From: Tortispora ganteri
Lineage: Eukaryota
Assembly: GCA_003707115.1 (NCBI GenBank)
Contig: PPNB01000006.1
Span: 124,001 to 188,000, forward strand
DNA length: 64,000 nucleotides
Direction of reading: 5' to 3'
Of this stretch, positions 44,269 through 53,500 are shown piece by piece. A model generated the notes under the pieces. It was given only the letters and a program-made list of their open reading frames with translations. It was not told where the DNA came from and did no database searches. Numbering within the stretch: the stretch's first letter is position 1; each line of letters opens with the position of its first letter. Position numbers and translations under genes: made by a program.

Positions 44269-45667
44269 ATGGAAACCGCCAGAAAGAGATTGAATCTAGT
44301 CTCGTCTCAGTTGACATCGTCTTCTTCGTGTACGTTTCGCTAAAGGGGAGGGAATAGAAAAGAAATAAAAAAGAAAGGCACTCCTGTCGAACCAATCAGT
44401 CATATTTATTTCACGTTCTTTCTACTAACTATTTCTAGACTCAACCGATGCTAAAATTAAAGTCAAAAACCCCATCGTCGAGATGGATGGTGATGAGATG
44501 ACTCGTATTATCTGGAAAATGATCAAAGATAAGCTCATTTTCCCTTACTTAGATATTGATCTCAAATATTACGATCTTGGAATCGAATATCGCGACCAGA
44601 CCGATGATAAGGTCACTATTGAGGCTGCCGAGGCTATCCTTAAATACAAGGTCGGTGTCAAATGCGCCACCATTACTCCTGACGAAGCCCGTGTGAAGGA
44701 ATTCAACCTCAAGAAGATGTGGCTCTCACCTAACGGAACTATCCGCAACATTCTTGGAGGAACTGTTTTCCGTGAACCTATAGTTATTCCCAGAATTCCT
44801 CGTTTAGTGCCTGGATGGGAGAAGCCTATCATTATAGGTCGTCATGCTCATGGTGACCAATACAAGGCCACTGATATTGTCGTTCCTAATGAAGGTACGG
44901 TCGAACTAGTGTACAAGCCCAGTGATGGCAGCGCTCCTCAAGTTCACAAAGTTTTTGACTACAAGAATGGCGGAGGTGTTGCCATGGCTATGTATAATAC
45001 CGACGAATCAATCAGAGGGTTCGCACACTCTTCGTTCAAGCTAGCATTGAGCAAGAAGTATAACTTATTCATGTCTACCAAGAATACTATCTTGAAGAGA
45101 TACGATGGACGATTTAAGGATATCTTCCAGGAGATCTACGACAACGAGTATCAGAAGGACTTTGAAGCCGCTGGCATCTGGTACGAGCACCGTCTGATCG
45201 ACGATATGGTTGCCCAAATGGTAAAGTCTAAGGGTGGATACATTATCGCCATGAAGAACTACGATGGTGATGTTCAATCTGACATTGTTGCTCAAGGATT
45301 CGGATCTCTTGGACTCATGACATCCGTACTTATTACTCCTGATGGCAATGCTTTCGAGAGCGAGGCCGCTCATGGTACCGTTACCCGTCACTACAGACAA
45401 TGGCAGCAAGGAAAGGAGACTTCCACCAACTCAATTGCTTCTATTTTCGCCTGGACCCGTGGACTAATTCAACGTGGAACTCTTGACGAGACCCCTGAGG
45501 TTGTTGAATTTGGCAAGCGTCTTGAATCCGCTGTCTTGGACACTGTTCAAATTGATGGAATCATGACGAAGGACTTGGCTTTGTCTTGTGGGAAGACCGA
45601 CCGCAGCTCTTATGTTCTCACTGAAGAGTTCATTGATGCTGTTGCCGACCGTCTTGCTAAGAACTAA
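44269..45667 (+). CDS. IDP: NADP-dependent isocitrate dehydrogenase; exons 44269-44329 and 44439-45667, N-terminal PTS2
   Basis: [42 protein letters not shown] and [10 protein letters not shown]. Intron GTACGT...TACTAAC...TAG at 44330-44438. Exon 1 is [20 protein letters not shown]. Confidence 0.95.
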
Positions 45668-45967
45668 AAAGAAAAAGGATAGCTATAGAAGACTTTGTGA
45701 GATGCAGTAGTTTTCTTTTTGTTTTTTCTATTTCCAGCTGGGCTAGCTAATTACGCCGATGTGCGGCGGGTGTATTTGTAACACGTTCTCCGGATGTTGT
45801 CTGATTCACATTAGTCTCAGTTTTATAGTAAAACGATAAATCCTTTTGCCAACTTACATTAATGTATTTGCTATCGCATAAAAAACCTTAGTGCCTTGAC
45901 ACCTACGCGGCATAGTTGTTCCAGATCCAGATAAATCGCCTCAGGGCGTGTGTATTATATGAGTCTG

Positions 45968-45975
45968 TGACGTCA
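45968..45975. promoter_or_regulatory. CRE (TGACGTCA) upstream of the OM45-like gene
   Basis: Palindrome GTGACGTCAC, about 95 bp upstream of ATG 46070. Confidence 0.5.
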
Positions 45976-46069
45976 CCGCAACTTTAAACAATATTGAAAG
46001 CCGCCCATGTGCTATTAAATGGCAATATTTCCTGCTATTCTCCTTTAGATACAATTATTCTGATTATCA

Positions 46070-46843
46070 ATGTCTGGTAGATTATTGAAACCTATAGCTA
46101 TAATTGGTGCATTTGGAGGCGCAGGTTACTGGTATTACCAGAGGCAGCAGAGCAAGACGGTTACACAGTTCAGTATACCGCCGAGACAAGTTGGACCGAA
46201 TGAACAGGTGGGCTCTAAGATTGGAAAATCAATTGATGATGCAGCTGAAAAAACCAAAGATCTCACTTCGCAGGCTCGGGCACAAGCAGTTACACTCACC
46301 AATGCAGCCTATGACAAGATCATGGCTGCGAAGGACTCGTTTGATCAGATGGTAGAGAGTACATTAAACCAAAGTAAGGAGGCGTTTGATGCTGCGAAGG
46401 AAGAACTAGAAAAGGCTAAGGAGAGTGCGAAGAAGCTGGCAAAAGATGGAGATCAAGCCGCGCGAGACGCTGCCGAGAAGGCTTCTAAGGCGGCGCAGGA
46501 GAAGTACGACGAAACTGCCAAGTCATATGAGGAAGCTAAACAGTACGTCTACAATAAAGCTGTAGAGCAGCAAAACATGATAACTAAGGAGATGCAAAAG
46601 AATTATGATTCTGCAGCTTCCAAGTACCGAGAATTGCAAGCCCGTGCGACAAAGACTATAGGTAAGGCTAAAGACTCCGGATCAGAGTCTTTAAAAGAGT
46701 CAATTGACAAAGCCAAAGAAGCTATGGACAGTGCCAAAGATAGCCTCGATAGGCAGCAAAAAGATGCAAAGGAAGAGATTGCTCGTGCGAATGCAACTAT
46801 ATATGGCAAATCGAGCTGGTGGCCCAGCTGGCTCAGCAAGTAA
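46070..46843 (+). CDS. Signal-anchored, Ala/Lys/Glu-rich helical protein (Om45/LEA-like)
   Basis: Short N-terminal anchor (IAIIGAFGGAGYWYY), AK/E-rich helices, and YGKSSWWPSWLSK, which resembles a Trp motif I recall from Om45. Confidence 0.6.
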   Translation: MSGRLLKPIAIIGAFGGAGYWYYQRQQSKTVTQFSIPPRQVGPNEQVGSKIGKSIDDAAEKTKDLTSQARAQAVTLTNAAYDKIMAAKDSFDQMVESTLNQSKEAFDAAKEELEKAKESAKKLAKDGDQAARDAAEKASKAAQEKYDETAKSYEEAKQYVYNKAVEQQNMITKEMQKNYDSAASKYRELQARATKTIGKAKDSGSESLKESIDKAKEAMDSAKDSLDRQQKDAKEEIARANATIYGKSSWWPSWLSK

Positions 46844-47016
46844 AGTGTCTCAACCAGTAATAGTCACTGGTCTCCCATATCAATATTAGTTTGATTCGTA
46901 TGTTTATAAAGATGAAGATGAGTTCCAGTGCATATGAGAGTAGATAAGATATAAAGCAATAAGAAGCAGTTCATATAATGACTGCAGAGAGTAGTGAATG
47001 AAGTGAATGCAATTTT

Positions 47017-47412
47017 CTATTCAAAACGCGTTCTTTTAGCAGTAATTGTAGTGCAAGAGGCAAAATTTAAATCATTGGGTCGTTTTGTAGATATCTGAAA
47101 GTCACAATAAGTAGAAGAGGTCGCGTTTTGTATATTGTAAGCAGTATTCAGTTGATTTATAAATACCTGCTTGCGAAAACGGGGGTTCCACCTATAAGGC
47201 CCAGATATCATTATCCAGGCATTTCCATCTTTATAAACAATTTCAAAAGATTCGGGTGATATCAATCTTATGTTGTACAGCTGATCAGGCGATATATGAG
47301 CATTGTGCAAGGCTTGGGCTACAGAGAGCTTTTGTCCGTTGCATTTACTCAGTTCGTGAAACAAAGTAGTATCCAGTTTTAAAAATGAGTGAATTAAAGT
47401 ATCTGGGTCCAT
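47017..47412 (-). CDS. Hypothetical protein, 131 aa
   Basis: ATG-initiated ORF with globular-looking composition in an AT-rich gap; no recognised family. Confidence 0.45.
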   Translation of the reverse strand: MDPDTLIHSFLKLDTTLFHELSKCNGQKLSVAQALHNAHISPDQLYNIRLISPESFEIVYKDGNAWIMISGPYRWNPRFRKQVFINQLNTAYNIQNATSSTYCDFQISTKRPNDLNFASCTTITAKRTRFE

Positions 47413-47994
47413 GAAATTAAGAGAATATAATAAAATAAACAGAAATCAATCTAAGAATAATGGAAAAGAAGTGTTTGTAAGAAGATAAGAGCGATATTTT
47501 AGATGGCTGTACATCGAGAGGTTGTCAAAATAAAGCTTAATGCCATTTGACTTTATGCCCCGCAAAAATTGACGTGCAGACACGATTCTATTTATAGATA
47601 AAACGTATCACATATCTTTATATAAAGCTGCATCAAAACAGCCAATTGTCTAAATTTTTAAAAATCAATTAACTCTTTTAATATAGAGGGAAACAGATTA
47701 AATATATATTAACGCATACCAGAGAATTTAAACTTAGAAGACAAGCTTTTGTCAGAAATGAACCCTGTATAGCGCCTCCTATACTTCGATAAGGCATGCT
47801 TGTACTGTTGAGTCTCATTATGTATTTCGCGCACAACATAATGTTGATAAAAGGCATAAAGGGTTGAACTGCTTTGTGTGGATTAGTACTGTTTGTATTT
47901 TAAGGTATAGTGACATTTAATGCAACAGATTCAGGTATTTAACAACATGTAGGGAACTAAATTGCGCAGTTTTCCCGCAGTTTGCTTCAAAACT

Positions 47995-50412
47995 ATGGAA
48001 GATCAACTGAATAATTCTCCTAATCGGACATCGGTGAATGAAGAGAAAACAGACTCATCAGAATCTACTAAAAATAATTACATACCTTCGTTACTTTATG
48101 CGATACCTGCATGTATTAGACCACAAATATGTGGACTCATGTATTCTATTTCACCAAATTTTTGCGACACTGCTTTATCTTCACAGCCACAAGAAGTTTT
48201 TAATGCTGTAAATACTTCTTTAAGGAGGTATACAGAGGCTGTTGAAATAACTACGACCTCAGAAGAAGCTGACCCAGACAACCCTGGCCAGTTCCGTACT
48301 CTTCAAGAAAAGCACCAGAAATTTAAATGGAAGCATAGCTTACATATACCATCAGGTATAGACGGTCATGATACTATAATGTGGCTTTTAGAAATACTTG
48401 CTCCTATTTCTAGTAATACTACATGTTCCTATGCTACCTCTTTAGAGCATCCGATCCGCACAGAGACTCCTGCTTCTGGAACGCCCGGTTTTGAAGAATT
48501 CTTTTCTCATTGCGAGGTATTCCTTTATCCAAGAGCTCAATATATTGTCTCTAAAGATAGTTCGACAGAAACAAACTTTGTTTTTCAATGGAAGTACATA
48601 TTAGTGCCAGGAGTAGTTGTTCCTGTTACTTCAAGTGAGTCCAACCTCGAAGACACTAAACACTTAGCTCTTACTGTGTTGATTACTCGTGTCAGAGAGT
48701 TATGGTCTTCTCAACCAGGGCGCAGATATGTTTGTGCGTTTTTGATTGTGGGCCGATTTGTACAATTTTGGATATTTCATCGTGCCGGTGGAATAGCTTC
48801 TCCTATGAGTGAATACACAGATAATCCACGAGACCTCATAATGATGATGACTATATATTGCAACTCGAGTTTAGCCTTTCTAGGCTATTCTACTGATGTT
48901 ATGAACATAAATAACAAATCAAGTTTGCACATAAATGCTAAATTAGGGGAGAAACACACATCTTTTAATCTCAGTGCTGATCCTTTGTGCGTACCGGCGA
49001 ACTTGATCTCTCGTGGAACCACTATTTGGAAGGCTCAGTTACAAGACGAAAGTGCATTTCGATTTGCTGTGAAAGAAGTGTGGCAGACGGACGACCGAGT
49101 GCCGGAATCAATTGTTTTGGAATTGGCTACCAAATTGAATATACCTGGCATAATAAAGTGTTATGGCTATGAGTATATGGTACATGACGGCAACTTTGAC
49201 TCTACAGTTGCACTAGAAACTGAATATGATACAGTTGGGCTTTATAGAGTTGCTTTTCACGGCACAAAACAGCTTCATGATTTATTTAATGTGGTTACAA
49301 ATGAGGTAAAAACGCCTGAAGGGATATTACTCGAACGAAAGGTAATAGACCATTCAGATACATGGAATATCCCTTACAGAAAACGACATCGATTTCGCCA
49401 AAGAATGTACCTTGCACCCGTTGGTCGTCCACTGCTTGAATTTTCCACTTTGTATAGCTTAATTGCAGGTCTTTTATCAGCCCTTGTCGCTCACTGGGAA
49501 CTATATCGAAGAATGCGGTGTCTGCACCGTAATGTTTCTGTTGACAATATTCTGCTAGATGAAACTAAACTGAGTTCAACAGAAGCCGAAGACCAATCGG
49601 AACAAAATGAAACAAATGAGGCTAGTGCTGGTTTTCTCGTGGATATGGCTATGACAATGAGAATTCATGAAGATGATACTGTTAATGCTATTTTCCCGAA
49701 CAGTATAGATCCTTTAGAAGAACTGAGCTCAATCTTACCATTTGAATGGGATAGTCACCTGATGGACAGTACGTCTCATCTACGTACAGGAACTTATGAG
49801 TTTATGGCTATTGGAGTTCTGTTAGGGTTTCGTCATTCTTATAGGCACGATCTTGAGTCGTTTTTTTATATTCTATTATGGATATGTTTGCGTTATGATG
49901 CAGAGCCCATAAAGGAAATTCCATTACTGGAAAGAGTCGCCAATGTGCCTACGAAAAAGAGCATAAGTAATTCATCTGAGGATGGATCGGAAAATGTATC
50001 GGAGCACAAAAATAGATTTAATCTGCAGAACAAAATTAACGAATATTTTCATTCTCAGTCTTGGCCTGCTAAAAAGACCCTAATTTCAGGAACTACACCT
50101 GTTCATGCAGCACCTCGTCAAAACTGGCCGAAAATTTTAAATGAATGGGTTCTATTGGGCTACCAAGAATCTGCACATGCAAAGTACAGAAGAATGTCCG
50201 GGAAGCTCGAGTTTGATCAAATCATATCAGAATTCGGCAAAGGGTTCAATTCCTGTGCACCTCTTAAGAAACTTGTAAAAGATCTAAGAGGCATTCTATT
50301 TGCTGATATGGAAGATTCGTTTATCTATGAAGGTAAGCATTCAGATGTTGATCATGAGATTTTATTCATGAGGACGGCAGTTGCTTTCTCTAATTGTCTT
50401 GATGAACTTTGA
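47995..50412 (+). CDS. FunK1 (Pkinase_fungal) family kinase, probable pseudokinase
   Basis: FWIFHRAG, LISRGTTIWKA, AVKEVW, LHRNVSVDNILL, GFLVDM and RTGTYEFMAIGVL...HSYRHDLESFFYILLWIC. Confidence 0.85.
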   Translation: MEDQLNNSPNRTSVNEEKTDSSESTKNNYIPSLLYAIPACIRPQICGLMYSISPNFCDTALSSQPQEVFNAVNTSLRRYTEAVEITTTSEEADPDNPGQFRTLQEKHQKFKWKHSLHIPSGIDGHDTIMWLLEILAPISSNTTCSYATSLEHPIRTETPASGTPGFEEFFSHCEVFLYPRAQYIVSKDSSTETNFVFQWKYILVPGVVVPVTSSESNLEDTKHLALTVLITRVRELWSSQPGRRYVCAFLIVGRFVQFWIFHRAGGIASPMSEYTDNPRDLIMMMTIYCNSSLAFLGYSTDVMNINNKSSLHINAKLGEKHTSFNLSADPLCVPANLISRGTTIWKAQLQDESAFRFAVKEVWQTDDRVPESIVLELATKLNIPGIIKCYGYEYMVHDGNFDSTVALETEYDTVGLYRVAFHGTKQLHDLFNVVTNEVKTPEGILLERKVIDHSDTWNIPYRKRHRFRQRMYLAPVGRPLLEFSTLYSLIAGLLSALVAHWELYRRMRCLHRNVSVDNILLDETKLSSTEAEDQSEQNETNEASAGFLVDMAMTMRIHEDDTVNAIFPNSIDPLEELSSILPFEWDSHLMDSTSHLRTGTYEFMAIGVLLGFRHSYRHDLESFFYILLWICLRYDAEPIKEIPLLERVANVPTKKSISNSSEDGSENVSEHKNRFNLQNKINEYFHSQSWPAKKTLISGTTPVHAAPRQNWPKILNEWVLLGYQESAHAKYRRMSGKLEFDQIISEFGKGFNSCAPLKKLVKDLRGILFADMEDSFIYEGKHSDVDHEILFMRTAVAFSNCLDEL

Positions 50413-50579
50413 CCATAATGAAAACTATAAGAAGGCATTTAGCTACATCATGCCTGATAATTAATTATATCTAATATATGTCTCCCCTACGTTAAGCACT
50501 TAATATACAATAGAAAGTATATATATAATATTGTGATTCATAAGTCATTCAGCCATTTAGTCGAAATGAATCATAAGTT

Positions 50580-53500
50580 TCAACAAAATGGTCTTGATGC
50601 ATCAAAAAGTGTAATAGATATAGGAACGTCGTTCTCTCCTGTACCTGGATTTGAATCTTCAAATAATTCAAAAGGCTTGACTTCTAAGGGCCCAATAAAT
50701 CGATGAGTCTCTTTATTAACCAAAGTGAGATTGTATGAATATGGAGATTCGTACAAACTAGAGATATCTGACCTCAGTGCATTTTTAGCTACAATGCTTC
50801 TTTTTGCTTCAAGAGCAGAACAGTCAAACTTCCAGAGAAGTCCAAGATTCGAAATCTCTTCTCGAGACCTTTCTGCAAAAAACTCTGCAATTGAAGAATC
50901 AGATGATGAAACCTGGCCGTCCTTAGACGTCATATGAGTTTCAGGCAGTTTCTGGAATGACATTCCCGTGGCAAAATTGTCTTGTGAAACCTCTGAGAAA
51001 AAATTCGTACTATCAATTAGCTTCTGAAGCAAGCTAGCCTGACAAGGCAAGCGCATAAAGCTATTGCTTATAAGGTTCACAGTTGCTGAGAGTAAATCTT
51101 GCCTTATAGAAGATAACGCAGAAGCATCTGCAGGTAAATCCATATCGGAAATTCCCCTTCCACATAATGATAATAAACAGCAAAACAATTCAATTGCTAT
51201 TCTGAGATCAGCCTCATATTCTGCGGGAAGTGCATTAGAGGTTGCGGCTGACACATTGTTGTCATGATAATTCAGTTGAACATTAGAACAGCAGTCTGAT
51301 AGTTTTACACAACATGGAGCCATAATCAAGTAAAGAGACATATCCAGCTTCACTGAAGGTTCTCTAAGAATAGCTGAGAGAACTTGGAACATCAGCGGAA
51401 CTAGATTAGCCGCAGGAGAAGTCTCGCTATAAGCATCATGTTCTTGCACGAAGCCAGAAATAGTGTACACATAGGGCAAGTCATTTGACTTCAAGAAGGC
51501 CTGAATAATATTAAACTTCACATTTTGTTTAAGATGAAGAGGTATCTTTAACACTATGGAATCCAACAATAGGCCTTCAGCCTGGTCCTTAGCAAGAGGG
51601 GGAAAAGACAAGTATAAATCGTTCAGGCTTGGTACATGTGAATCCAAGCGAATAGAAGGAAAATCGGCCTTTAAGTCCGAAAGAACAAAATAAACATGGG
51701 TAAGGCACTGGGAAGCGGATACCAAAAGATTTCCAGCAGATTTTAGCAACGTCTTTAGAGTGGTCAACGGATCTGAGGATTGAAAATTTTCATCAAACAC
51801 ACAACTTTCCATTACCCGCACGACGCATGAAAAAAATTCAGAGATTTCAAGATGTCTGTCGCTGAGTTCAGAAAATAACTGAGGCCTTTCATCGTTCTTG
51901 AGGCATGAAGCATTCTCTCTACAAAGTGACTGAACAAATGAATCAAATCTTTGAATAAAGAGTTCACTCTGGAATTGCAATATTAGAGACATAGGCGCCT
52001 GAAATTGCTTTGAGATGCTTTCAATCATGTCTCCAGGTAAAGATTGCTGTAAAGACTTAGCTGCAGCAATTTGACTTGAGAATTTGAAAAGAACATCAAT
52101 TATGTACCTGGATTCCTGAGTTTGAAACATTTGTCTATACATCTGCAAACTCAGTGCCTCAGAATGCTTGATCATATAGCCAGTTAGATCTTCTCTTAAC
52201 ATTAGATCCAGTAAAACTTGTGACATATCTGTTGTTATTTCTGTGGATATGTTAGACATATCAGTGGACAAGTTTTGAACGTCACCAGCTACAGCAAACC
52301 ATATATCGCAGATAGCCCTCAATGACACAAGACCGTGAGCGATCAGCATAACACAAATCCGATATAAGCATTCAGGACCAATATTCGAGCTCACTACAGG
52401 AGTCTGAGGAACCGCTTTCGGAGACTCAACAATATTATCCGAACAGGTTGCACGTCTTTTTAAGTCCCAGGTAGGGTCCACTTGCACAGATATCCATTTG
52501 GAAATGCAAGAGTCAAATTCTCCATTTCCTTGAAATCTTAAATATTGCAAAGCATAGAGAATCTCCCTTGATTCAAAAGTCGAGTCACTAGATCTCGAGC
52601 TTGATGCAGCCACGAGCTTAGACAGCAATATCTGGATATCATTCGTGAGAGACTTCTCTCCACGATCACCTGCAGAAGATAAAGACTCGAGCACACTGGT
52701 AACTACTATATCATCAGATACGTCTGGCTGCACATCTGACATTGGCGTGAGATAGTTCTGAGAAGCCATGTTTCGCACATAAAGCGTGACAGAGTCAGCA
52801 TGAATATCGGGGAAGTATTCTTTCGTGTCCTCAATAAGTGTAACAAAAGCGTACTCTGAGATTTGGCTGGTTCTCTTCACATGTTTAGCTTGTTGCACAA
52901 GAGTGCGACTCATTCTTTCAAGGATTCCGATATGATTTAATTCACGACGAAATCTGCGGATAACTACAGCAAAAAGGGATAGCACATGCCCATCAGTTGT
53001 TTTAGGAACAATTAACTCAAAAATCTCAACAAACCTGTCAATATATTGCAATAAGAGAAGGCTGCTTATCAAATATGCAACAAAATCAACAGAAAGGCTC
53101 GAAACATCGTTAGCTTCCAACAATCTTTGACAATATTCAACCATCCAGTGAGCTAGAGATCGTTTGACATCAAAACTGAGGTTAGAATAAAATTTTTCAT
53201 GTTCCAGTCTCCATTCAAAACCACGACAGTGAGACGAAGCACTTGGTGAAAGAGCAGTGATCGGAGAAGGACCATTAACACCCACGGACTGTAAGAAATA
53301 CTGCTGAGCATCAGTTTCGTCCGGTTTAAGTACAGTTGATGTATCACTCAAAATCTTTGATTTGAAGTTTTTCAGCAGAAATCCTTTCTGAGAATTCAAA
53401 GCTGGGCTTAGCGCTGAAAAATCTAGCAGTTCTAGAATGCTATAGTGAACTTGGGCCGATTCTTTGTTCTTCTCAAGGAAAAGAATACCACGAGAAATCA

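Noticed and set aside
45659..45685. Cryptic PTS1 in IDP through stop readthrough
   Set aside because: The stop is TAA without the TGA-CTA context, and the extension (KEKG) gives no PTS1.
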